Assembly: GCA_043803685.1 (NCBI GenBank)
Contig: JAZDJU010000028.1
Span: forward strand, 1 to 17,139
DNA length: 17,139 nucleotides
Reading direction: 5' to 3'
DNA from: Candidatus Omnitrophota bacterium
GTDB lineage: Bacteria > Omnitrophota > Omnitrophia > Omnitrophales > Aquincolibacteriaceae
Shown: piece by piece, positions 1-7,619 of the stretch
Layout of the letters: every line of letters begins with the position of its first letter
Position numbering within the stretch: position 1 is the stretch's first letter
The notes under the pieces: model-generated
The model's input: the letters and a program-made list of their open reading frames with translations, nothing else
What the model was told of the DNA's origin: nothing
Database searches by the model: none
Position numbers and translations under genes: made by a program

Positions 1-141
1 CGGACTTTGCTAAGATCTCAAAGAACAGAATCAGATCGGTGGAGCACTGGCTCAATCACCGGCCGAGAAAATGTCTCGGATTTCAAACACCAGCAGAGGT
101 CTTTAAATCCTCAGCTGTTGCACTTGCTGGTTGAATTCAGG
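1..141 (+). mobile_element. Right end of an IS30-family insertion sequence; terminal inverted repeat at about 116-141
   Basis: The transposase stop lies inside TGTTGCACTTGCTGGTTGAATTCAGG, as is usual for IS30 right ends. The exact boundary needs the left IR, which is outside the window. Confidence 0.75.
3..134 (+). CDS. IS30-family transposase, C-terminal 43 aa (5'-truncated by the window edge)
   Basis: Manual translation from base 3: DFAKISKNRIRSVEHWLNHRPRKCLGFQTPAEVFKSSAVALAG*. LNxRPRKxLGFxTPxEVF is the typical IS30 C-terminal motif. Too short for the ORF track. Confidence 0.9.
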   Translation, partial: DFAKISKNRIRSVEHWLNHRPRKCLGFQTPAEVFKSSAVALAG

Positions 142-258
142 TATCCGCAAAAGAGTATTTCCGTGATTTATTGATCGAATTAGATAAAGTCAAGTAAGCG
201 GAGTTAAAATTGATAACTTATTTAGATTGTGATTTTCTTCAGCGAATGGATAGATTAA

Positions 259-3200
259 ATGGATAATCCGAATCCCACCGGATCCCCTTCTGGCGGATTT
301 ATTAGCAAACAGACGTATTGGACTGACAGCCGCCGCGAGATAAAGGACTGGTTCGATAAGCAGGCACCGCATTTAGGGGAATTATACGAAGCCGCTTTAA
401 TCATTCTTTATTTCGATAACTTCCCAGGTCGAATACGTCTAGTTTCTCATGCTGTTCGAGAAATTAGAAATAGATTGCCGGATGCAATCTCAGGTCAAAT
501 AATAAGTCAGCAACTCGACTATAAATTCAGGTTGGATGAAATCTTCTCAGTTTGGACAAGCCTCGAAATACCCATTACTCCACTTAGATCTTCAGCAAGC
601 CCTTCCACTTCTCCCCCTGGCATTGTCCAAATACCGGAAATAATGTTTGAAAAAATTCAACTGTTAGTAAATGACCATAATGAAACTAGCGAAAAAAAGC
701 TAGATGCCGCAAGACGTCTATTTGAAGCTCTCGCTCCAGAAAACAAAAAGCTCCAGATAGAAATTAAACCCATGATCCTACAATGGTTAAAGGTCACAGA
801 ATGGTTTGTAGATAATGCTCATGAAAAAGTAGAGCCTTCTAAAGAAAATAAAGATGAAGAAATTTTTAAGAGGTTTGAACTATTTGAAGTTACGCTTAAT
901 GCTCTTATAAGCAAACAATTTTTTAAAACAATAAAGGAATTAGATGAAATCTTGAAAGACACCGAGCCTGAGCAGATCGAGAAGGCCATCGCTTTATTGA
1001 GCAGAGCGGGAGAACATTATCGTTATTTCTTTGGTAAATTAGGAAATCCGACTTGGCTTCGGCCACTGCAGGCAAAAGGATGTTTCAGAACGCCGCCAGG
1101 CTTAGTGCACGATGTTGAAAGGCAGACTGTCTCTTTTCCGCTTTGGCCTGAGTCGCGATATTTAGCCCGAGTTGCCAATGCTGAGCCTGAAGTGGTCCTG
1201 AAAATTATTGAAGGCATAGAGACAGACAACGTTCGCATCCATGAGGATCTTACCGATGCAGCTTTAAATATGCCGGCTGGAGAGGCCAAAAAATTGGTCG
1301 GGCGGGTTAAAAAATGGCTCGCATCTCCCTATCATTTTCTAATGCCCGAAAAAGCCGGTCGCCTTATTGCGCATTTGGCAAAAGGAGGTGAGAAACAAGC
1401 CGCGCTTACTTTATCGAGAACGGTCTTGCAAATAAGCGAAGACCCTAGAGAAAAAACGTCTTTTTCTAAAAACAAGTATTTCCATGCTGAACCCAGACCT
1501 TTGTTTGAACATTATGATTATCAAAAAATTCTTGCGAAAGATTTCCCTGCACTGCTTGATTTAGCGGGAAAGGAAGCATTTGCTCTTATTTGCGGTCTGC
1601 TGAATGTTAATCTTATTCTTTCTCGCAAAACTGCCCCTAAAGATTATTCGCATCTTTGGCGGCCACATATTGGATCATCTAATCACCTGTATGAACTTAA
1701 AGACCATCTCGTCGACGCCGTTCGTGATTCCGCAATTTTTTTGATAAAAAAAGATCCCAAGAATTTCTTGTCCGTAATAGAGACGCTCTCATCATTTAAA
1801 TGGGATATTTTTTCACGCCTCGGGTTATACATCTTGGCGATGTTTCCTTCTTTGGCTCCTGAAATTGTGCGCGGTTGGCTACTTAATGAAACATTATTTG
1901 ATTCCTACGATGTTCGAAGTGATTACATTCGTTTAGCGAAAGTCGGCGCTCATTATTTGCCAGAAAATGAAAGGCAGATAATATTGGGTTGGATATTTAA
2001 AGGGCCCGACATTGAACGCTTTAGGGAAACAAGGAAACAATTATCTGGAAAAGATTCAGATGAAGAAGCCGTAGAAAAGTATTCCAAAAATTGGAAGCTT
2101 CACCGTTTTTCTTGGTTTGCCACTATTCTTTCCCCTGCAAATCAAATTGAATATAAACAATTGATAAATGAATTTGGCGAGCCTCCAGTTTTTGAATTTT
2201 CTGGCGTCCAAACGAGCTGGGCAAAAACTTCGACCCCAAAAACCGCCGAAGAACTCAAGGCCATGAGATTGGAAGAGCTTTTCGATTTTTTGGAAACCTG
2301 GAGTCCATCTGATGCAGAAAAAGATATTTATCGTTTTAAGGAAGGTTTGTCCGAAACCCTTTCCGGCGTCATTGCACAGGACCCGGTTAAATATGTCGAG
2401 GCCGCCCAGCGGTTCGAAAAACTTGATATGACCTACATCCAGGCGTTTTTTCAAGGGCTCAGCAATGCTCTAAGAGAGAAGAAATCGTTCCAATGGGATT
2501 CGATAATAATTTTAATGGATTATGTATCTCGACAAAAATACGAATCAGAAGATGAGTCTTTAATCAATCGTTCGCCTTTAAAATATGTCAAAGATCAAAT
2601 CGCAAGATTATTGGAAACTGGTTTCCAAGCTGAAGCCCCCAATCCGTTTCCTCTAAGTATTAGACGACAATTATGGGAGATAATAGAAAATCTCCTCTCC
2701 GATCCCGATCCTTTAATCTTCAAGAGAGACTCCGAAACACCCATTGCCGAAGCTTTGAACACTGTGCGACCTTTAGGGCTTCACTCTGCCATGAGATACG
2801 GTTTGTGGATAAGGCGATACAATGATTCATTGCAGTCCGCAACAGAATTGGCTGCAAAAGGTTTCAGTGAAATGCCCGAGTTAAGAGAAGCATTAAAAAA
2901 ACATTTAGAGGATGGACACGAGGCTATTAGGTCAGTTTATGGGCAATGGTTCCCTTGGATTAGGCTACTTGATCCGCAATGGGCCAAGGAAACCATCCCC
3001 CAAATCTTCATGACAGAGGAAAACAACACGGAACTGAAAAGAACCGCTTGGGAATCTTATATTATTACTGTGGAACCATACAATGACGTATTTAATATTT
3101 TAAATGCTCAGTACTTATTTGCTACGACGCATTTAAATGAAGAGCTTTTTAAGCGTGAAGAGCATGGGGATGCGGAAGAAGCCTTAGCTCGGCACTTAAT

Positions 3201-3795
3201 GACTTTTTTTTGGCGCGGAATGTTATCAGAAAAAGATCCTGTCTGGAGAGAGTTTTGGGGGAAGGCTCCTCCTAAATTAAGATCGAAGGCATTAAGTTAT
3301 ATTGGGCGAAGTTTCGAAACAACAAAAGAACCCGTTCCTCCAGATATTAGCCAGAGGATAATAAAGCTTTGGGAGGAAAGATTGCGAACGGCACAAGAGG
3401 CTCCAAACAAAGAGCCGTATTTAAAAGAATTGGCTTCTTTTGCATGGTGGTTCATTTGTGAAAAGTTCGAAATCCAATGGGCGTTCGATCAACTTTTATC
3501 TGTATTGCGTATAACCCCTCATATTGATGTCGCGCATCAAGTTGTAAAAGAAATGATCCCTTTGACTGAGAAATGGCCATTGGATTGTTTGAGAGTATTG
3601 TCCTTTTTAGCCACCGATGAACAAGATCCTTGGGCAATTCAAATGTGGAAAGAAGAAGCAAAAGAGGTTTTAAGGATTGCTCTCAGACTTCAAAAGACGG
3701 AGGTAACCGCGTTAGCCAAAAATGTAATTGATGAATTGGGGCGCCGCGGAAATCTTGATTTTGGCGAATTGTTAAACGAAGAATATTCTTCTTAA
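259..3795 (+). CDS. Large hypothetical protein (1178 aa): N-terminal helical putative effector module plus a long alpha-helical region; candidate anti-phage defence protein
   Basis: Long uninterrupted ORF, visibly AT-richer than the rest of the window. No signal peptide, TM segment or Walker A motif seen. N-terminal SHAVRE...WFVDNAH motifs. The function is inference only. Confidence 0.85.
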   Translation: MDNPNPTGSPSGGFISKQTYWTDSRREIKDWFDKQAPHLGELYEAALIILYFDNFPGRIRLVSHAVREIRNRLPDAISGQIISQQLDYKFRLDEIFSVWTSLEIPITPLRSSASPSTSPPGIVQIPEIMFEKIQLLVNDHNETSEKKLDAARRLFEALAPENKKLQIEIKPMILQWLKVTEWFVDNAHEKVEPSKENKDEEIFKRFELFEVTLNALISKQFFKTIKELDEILKDTEPEQIEKAIALLSRAGEHYRYFFGKLGNPTWLRPLQAKGCFRTPPGLVHDVERQTVSFPLWPESRYLARVANAEPEVVLKIIEGIETDNVRIHEDLTDAALNMPAGEAKKLVGRVKKWLASPYHFLMPEKAGRLIAHLAKGGEKQAALTLSRTVLQISEDPREKTSFSKNKYFHAEPRPLFEHYDYQKILAKDFPALLDLAGKEAFALICGLLNVNLILSRKTAPKDYSHLWRPHIGSSNHLYELKDHLVDAVRDSAIFLIKKDPKNFLSVIETLSSFKWDIFSRLGLYILAMFPSLAPEIVRGWLLNETLFDSYDVRSDYIRLAKVGAHYLPENERQIILGWIFKGPDIERFRETRKQLSGKDSDEEAVEKYSKNWKLHRFSWFATILSPANQIEYKQLINEFGEPPVFEFSGVQTSWAKTSTPKTAEELKAMRLEELFDFLETWSPSDAEKDIYRFKEGLSETLSGVIAQDPVKYVEAAQRFEKLDMTYIQAFFQGLSNALREKKSFQWDSIIILMDYVSRQKYESEDESLINRSPLKYVKDQIARLLETGFQAEAPNPFPLSIRRQLWEIIENLLSDPDPLIFKRDSETPIAEALNTVRPLGLHSAMRYGLWIRRYNDSLQSATELAAKGFSEMPELREALKKHLEDGHEAIRSVYGQWFPWIRLLDPQWAKETIPQIFMTEENNTELKRTAWESYIITVEPYNDVFNILNAQYLFATTHLNEELFKREEHGDAEEALARHLMTFFWRGMLSEKDPVWREFWGKAPPKLRSKALSYIGRSFETTKEPVPPDISQRIIKLWEERLRTAQEAPNKEPYLKELASFAWWFICEKFEIQWAFDQLLSVLRITPHIDVAHQVVKEMIPLTEKWPLDCLRVLSFLATDEQDPWAIQMWKEEAKEVLRIALRLQKTEVTALAKNVIDELGRRGNLDFGELLNEEYSS

Positions 3796-3798
3796 AAT

Positions 3799-3930
3799 TG
3801 TTAACACAATATGTTAACAGTTTCGATGGAAAACGAGGACAAAACGCGGTCAAAATCGGTCAACTGATTTTCAAAAATATTCCTCCAAGTCTTTCATTCT
3901 CAGTCACATCGGACAATTTCGGTCAACTTC
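3799..3930. repeat. Clustered short repeats next to the att core (putative integrase arm-type/accessory binding sites)
   Basis: TGTTAACA palindrome twice (3799-3806, 3812-3819). GG(A/T)CAA at 3837, 3848, 3858, 3911 and 3921, spaced 10-11 bp apart within each cluster. Confidence 0.6.
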
Positions 3931-3949
3931 AGTAAAACTTTCCGGGGCT

Positions 3950-3983
3950 GCTCATAACCCAAAGGTCGATCCTTCCACAACTA
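3950..3983 (+). mobile_element. Attachment site: degenerate 3' fragment of initiator-type tRNA-Met(CAT)
   Basis: GCTCATAACCCAAAGGTCG matches the anticodon loop to variable region of tRNA-fMet (GCTCATAACCCGAAGGTCG). It is followed by ATCCTTCCACAACTA, which resembles a deleted T-arm/acceptor end. No 5' half is present. Confidence 0.75.
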
Positions 3984-4126
3984 AGCAAATTCTAGGCAAT
4001 CCTTTAAAACCTCCTGAGCAAAACACCCCACTAGGGTGCGTGCGTTTGGAGCATCCCTTTTTGAAACTCGCCTAGCTAGCCAGATCGAGTCAGCCTATAA
4101 TGTCCTCCAGCCAAAGGAGGCTTTCC

Positions 4127-4738
4127 ATGGTCAAACACCTATCGATCTTTTCAGTCATTCTTTCCATCACATTTTTTTCTGTGCCACACGCGTATGCAGA
4201 CGCGGCTTCCGGGGGTGCGGCAGGGATGGAAGTGACTATCGCGAATCAGCCCATTAAGGTGACATCCGTCAAAGAAAGAACCGAGGTGGAGATCCTTGCA
4301 AAAGGCCAGCTTAAAAGCGGCGAGAGCAAAGCATCCGTCTATATTGATGTAAGCGGATATGAAGAGGTAACGCTTTTTGTTGAAACTTTTTCGGAAACCA
4401 TTTTCACCAAACAGGTGAACGCGCCCCTGTATGTGTTGGATGCCTTTTTTTCGATGACAGCGGCGACGACGCAACATCGCACCATGGGAGGTGAAGAAAA
4501 GCGGGTGTTGGATCAAGGCGTTCAGGAGTTTGGGGCTTCTCTTGTCGAAGAAAATGTCAAAGGACATTCGAATTTTCAGAAACTTACCACCGGGCTGACA
4601 GCGGGACGGGCACTTCATACGCCGATTTATGGAAAATATATGCGTGTGACGCTCACCAACGGAATGACGGACGGCACTGCCAATTATCGAGTGATCGCTT
4701 ATTTTAAACAGGACGGTGTTGGCTCGGTTGCTGTCTAA
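4127..4738 (+). CDS. Secreted hypothetical protein
   Basis: AAAGGAGG RBS before ATG 4127, TATAAT at 4096-4101, N-terminal hydrophobic signal peptide ending PHAYA. No recognisable domain. Confidence 0.8.
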   Translation: MVKHLSIFSVILSITFFSVPHAYADAASGGAAGMEVTIANQPIKVTSVKERTEVEILAKGQLKSGESKASVYIDVSGYEEVTLFVETFSETIFTKQVNAPLYVLDAFFSMTAATTQHRTMGGEEKRVLDQGVQEFGASLVEENVKGHSNFQKLTTGLTAGRALHTPIYGKYMRVTLTNGMTDGTANYRVIAYFKQDGVGSVAV

Positions 4739-4744
4739 AGAATT

Positions 4745-4821
4745 ATCCGGGGGACCCTCCTCCGCTAGAGCTGCGCAGGGCAGGCACGTCACTTATCTCC
4801 TCGAATGAAGTGACCCCGGAT
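4745..4821. repeat. REP/REPIN-like palindromic unit interrupted by a 30-bp mini-element (4755-4784)
   Basis: ATCCGGGGGA[CCCTCCTCCGCTAGAGCTGCGCAGGGCAGG]CACGTCACTTATCTCC...AAGTGACCCCGGAT. Bases 4745-4795 are a near-identical inverted copy of 7509-7558. Confidence 0.85.
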
Positions 4822-4831
4822 ATATCGCAGG

Positions 4832-4871
4832 AAAGGCGCTGTCGTGAGTTGGATCGCGACAGCGCCTTTTT
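4832..4871. terminator. Probable bidirectional intrinsic terminator
   Basis: AAAGGCGCTGTCGTGA-loop-TCGCGACAGCGCCTTTTT between convergent genes ending at 4738 and 4874. Confidence 0.8.
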
Positions 4872-4873
4872 GT

Positions 4874-5395
4874 TCATTGACCAAAGCGGGTACGGATGGC
4901 CTTGATCTCTTCTTTGGGAATGTTCAGAAACTCCAGGAATTCCTGGTGCCCCTCCGGGGAATTCTTTTCAAAGGCATTGTGCCAGTTCTCCATCTGACGG
5001 TCCGAGAGGCCCGTTTCCCTGAAGATCCGGATCCATTGTTCTTTGTTGATCTTGCCCATTTTTAACGTTCTCCTGTTTTTAAGAAGCGCGAGGATCATGC
5101 GCTGTTGGTTCTTGAGTTCCTGGATCTCGTCGTTGATCTGGGAGAGCCGTTTTTCGAGAACCTTCGCGAAAGATCCGCTCTTTTTCTTTCCCAAAAGCGT
5201 TTTGATGTCTTTTAGAGAAAGTCCCGCTCTTCGATAGAGACAGATGGACTCGAGCCGCTTTCCCTTATCCTCATCGTAAAGGCGGTATCCGGAAAGGGTG
5301 CGTCTCGATGCTTTCAACAAGCCCATCGCATCGTAATAGAGCAGGGCGGTCCTTGAGATCTGGTTCTGTTTTGCGAGTTGTGAAATGGTTCGCAT
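4874..5395 (-). CDS. MerR-family transcriptional regulator
   Basis: N-terminal TISQLAK...SRTALLYYDAMGLL...SGYRLY MerR HTH, a coiled coil, and a short C-terminal domain (WHNAFEKNSPEGHQEFL). Start moved to ATG 5395, which follows an AAAGGAGA RBS. Confidence 0.92.
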   Translation of the reverse strand: MRTISQLAKQNQISRTALLYYDAMGLLKASRRTLSGYRLYDEDKGKRLESICLYRRAGLSLKDIKTLLGKKKSGSFAKVLEKRLSQINDEIQELKNQQRMILALLKNRRTLKMGKINKEQWIRIFRETGLSDRQMENWHNAFEKNSPEGHQEFLEFLNIPKEEIKAIRTRFGQ

Positions 5396-5414
5396 AGGCT
5401 CTCCTTTGATCGGA

Positions 5415-5445
5415 AGCATAAACTATCAAGTAATAGACAGGTCAA
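5415..5445 (-). promoter_or_regulatory. MerR-type promoter/operator with a 19-bp spacer
   Basis: Minus strand reads TTGACC-TGTCTATTACTTGATAGTT(19 nt)-TATGCT, with an imperfect dyad CTATTA-CT-TGATAG in the spacer. Confidence 0.8.
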
Positions 5446-5484
5446 TAGCGTATCGCAACAAAGTTACACAATCAATTTTGAAGA

Positions 5485-5607
5485 GGAACGGCGCCGGGTT
5501 CGCAGGGGACACGTGGAAGGGGACCTTGTGCCATGATCAACCTGCCTGTCCTGCGAAGCTCTGCCGATGGACAGGGCGTAGGAGGATCCCTTGGGTGCCT
5601 GGTGTGC
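5485..5607. repeat. About 80-bp dispersed hairpin repeat, copy 1, carrying a 42-bp insertion (5545-5586)
   Basis: 5485-5544 matches 8834-8893 at 50/60 positions without gaps. Similarity resumes at 5587-5607 versus 8894-8914 (13/21). Confidence 0.85.
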
Positions 5608-5699
5608 TAGCTCTCACTCATTCGGCGCCATTTCGCAGCGGCTTATTTTTGCACTTAAAATAGGGCTTGGAGTAGAATATAAAAAAACAGGAGGTGGAT

Positions 5700-5996
5700 A
5701 TGAAGAAGTTTTTTCTGGCTATTCTGATCACCACCGTGATCAGCTTCGGATTTACAAGTTTTTACGTAAACGCCATGACTGTCGAGCATCCTTCGGAGCA
5801 TCCGACGGTAGAAAAAACAAAGTCGGGTCATTCCGAGGCGGAAGAATCAAAAATGGAGCATCCAACATCGGAAGAGGTAAAGTCAGATCATGTGATGTCG
5901 GAAGAAGCGGCGTTGGAACGCCTGATGTCAGAGGATCAGCTTGCAGCTGATAAGAAAAGCCGGGTAAACAAGCCGAAAGATCATCCCGCTCACTGA
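5700..5996 (+). CDS. Small secreted His/Glu-rich protein with EHP repeats
   Basis: CAGGAGG RBS, MKKFF signal peptide ending VNA, EHPSEHP/EHP/DHPAH motifs. Possible promoter TTGCAC(5649)-18 nt-TAGAAT(5673). Confidence 0.85.
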   Translation: MKKFFLAILITTVISFGFTSFYVNAMTVEHPSEHPTVEKTKSGHSEAEESKMEHPTSEEVKSDHVMSEEAALERLMSEDQLAADKKSRVNKPKDHPAH

Positions 5997-6044
5997 TAGA
6001 GGATCTCCTATGACCGGAAGCCGTTCGCTATCGGAAGGACGGGT

Positions 6045-7448
6045 ATGATAAAAAAAACAAGAACCAGCACAAAATCCATTCGCGGATGCTTCTGTTTTAT
6101 GGTCGCGGTGGTTGGGTGCTTTTTGTTTTCAGGATGTCAGCCCGGGAAAGACCCTAAGCGTGCCGTCCAGCCGGTTGATGCGGTTGCAGACGGTGCGGTT
6201 CCGCGGATCGTCACGGCCGATATCCAACAAGGCATCGAAAAGCACATTGACGAACAGGTTAAACAGAGCGATGGCTACTTCCGGGTTCCCTTTGAAGGGG
6301 GCGAGTTAGAGCTCAAGCTTGTGCGGGTCCATCTGGAATATCTGGCTTCGCTGGGTCCGACCCGGCATTTCGCCTGCGTCGACATGGTCACCGATCACGG
6401 AGAGTTCTACGACGTAGACTTCTTCATGGAAGGGCCCCGCGGGAGCATGAAAGTGACCGAGACCACGGTCCACAAGAAGAATGGGAAGCCGTTTTATGTC
6501 TGGAAGCAGGCGGCTGACAAAACATGGGGACGCGTGCCGATCGAGGAAGCCACGAACGACTTGCTCGGGGTGATAAGTAGCCCCGACAAGTTCTTCTTCC
6601 GCTACGAGACGGACATTCCGGAGATCCAAGGACAGGCCAGGATGTGGCTCCCGCTCGCGACATCGGACGAGTTCCAGAAAGTCAGGGTTCTTTCCATCGC
6701 AGCCCCCGCTAGTCACCAGGTCATTACCGAGTCCGCAAACGGCAATCAGATCCTGTTCTTCACTTTGGGGCCCGAACACAGCGGAAAAAAAATTGTCATC
6801 CAATATGACGTCGAGCGTCTGGAAAAGGGCGCCTATCCGGGCGACGCTCAGGATGCCGCGCGGCACCTCATTCCCACCGCGCAAGGCGAGACCTGGGAAA
6901 AGATCAGGACGGTTTCGGGTGAAGTTGTCGCGGGGAAAGAAGGTTCGCTCATGCGGGCCAGAGCGCTTTATGACCATGTGATCGATAAAATGGCCTACAA
7001 ACGTTGCGGCACAGGATGGGGGACAGGGGACGTCAAGCGGATCTGTGATCTGTTCGCGGGGAACTGCACGGATTTCCATTCTTATTTTATCGCGCTGGCG
7101 CGCGCGGCGGACATCCCGGCGCGTTTTGCGATCGGCGCATCCATTCCGGCCGAGCGGGACGACAGCGGTATCGAGGGATATCACTGTTGGGCAGAGTTTT
7201 TCGCTGAAGGGAAGTGGTGGCCCGTCGATATCAGTGAGGGTAACAAATTTACCGCGCTTAGCATGTATTATTTCGGTCATCATCCGGCCAACCGTTTCGA
7301 ATTCAGCCGCGGCCGGGATCTTGTGTTCGAGCCGGGCCCTGATTCAGGGCGGGTCAATTTTCTCGCCTATCCCGTATTTGAGATCAACGGGAAGCCGGTA
7401 AAGGTGAAAACAAATTTTTCATTTACGCGAAATATTTTGCGCAAGTAA
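6045..7448 (+). CDS. Transglutaminase-like (Cys-His-Asp) domain lipoprotein with an extra N-terminal domain
   Basis: GNCTDFH, YHCWAEFF and WWPVD catalytic motifs; lipobox-like FLFSGC. Confidence 0.88.
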   Translation: MIKKTRTSTKSIRGCFCFMVAVVGCFLFSGCQPGKDPKRAVQPVDAVADGAVPRIVTADIQQGIEKHIDEQVKQSDGYFRVPFEGGELELKLVRVHLEYLASLGPTRHFACVDMVTDHGEFYDVDFFMEGPRGSMKVTETTVHKKNGKPFYVWKQAADKTWGRVPIEEATNDLLGVISSPDKFFFRYETDIPEIQGQARMWLPLATSDEFQKVRVLSIAAPASHQVITESANGNQILFFTLGPEHSGKKIVIQYDVERLEKGAYPGDAQDAARHLIPTAQGETWEKIRTVSGEVVAGKEGSLMRARALYDHVIDKMAYKRCGTGWGTGDVKRICDLFAGNCTDFHSYFIALARAADIPARFAIGASIPAERDDSGIEGYHCWAEFFAEGKWWPVDISEGNKFTALSMYYFGHHPANRFEFSRGRDLVFEPGPDSGRVNFLAYPVFEINGKPVKVKTNFSFTRNILRK

Positions 7449-7468
7449 CTGACGCCCCGTATGAATTC

Positions 7469-7558
7469 GGGGGGCACGTAACTTATCTCCGATCAACAAT
7501 TCACGAATTAAGTGATGTGCCTGCCCTGCGCAGCTTTAGCGGAGGAGGGTCCCCGGAT
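7469..7558. repeat. REP/REPIN-like inverted pair with a 30-bp mini-element (7520-7549) in the right arm
   Basis: Uninterrupted left arm GGGGGGCACGTAACTTATCTCC; right arm TAAGTGATGTG[CCTGCCCTGCGCAGCTTTAGCGGAGGAGGG]TCCCCGGAT. Confidence 0.85.
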
Positions 7559-7619
7559 CCATATGTGTTGCAGGTGTTTCTTGGTGCAGGACGGGTCAAC
7601 GCTTCAGGAGGTTTCAAGG

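Noticed and set aside
116..165. Hybrid promoter formed by -35-like hexamers in the IS30 end (TTGCAC, TTGAAT)
   Set aside because: No convincing -10 lies at 16-18 bp spacing.
259..3795. STAND/NACHT NTPase (Avs-like) call for the large protein
   Set aside because: No GxxGxGK(S/T) Walker A motif is visible.
3930..3990. Intact tRNA-Met gene
   Set aside because: There is no 5' acceptor strand or D-arm, and the T-loop GTTC is missing; it is only a remnant.
7512..7619. N-terminal extension MMCLPCAALAEEGP of the vWA ORF, and the minus ORF 4151-4792 starting MTCLPCAALAEEGP
   Set aside because: Both are translations of the same DNA repeat. The better start is ATG 7620, which has an RBS and a signal peptide.
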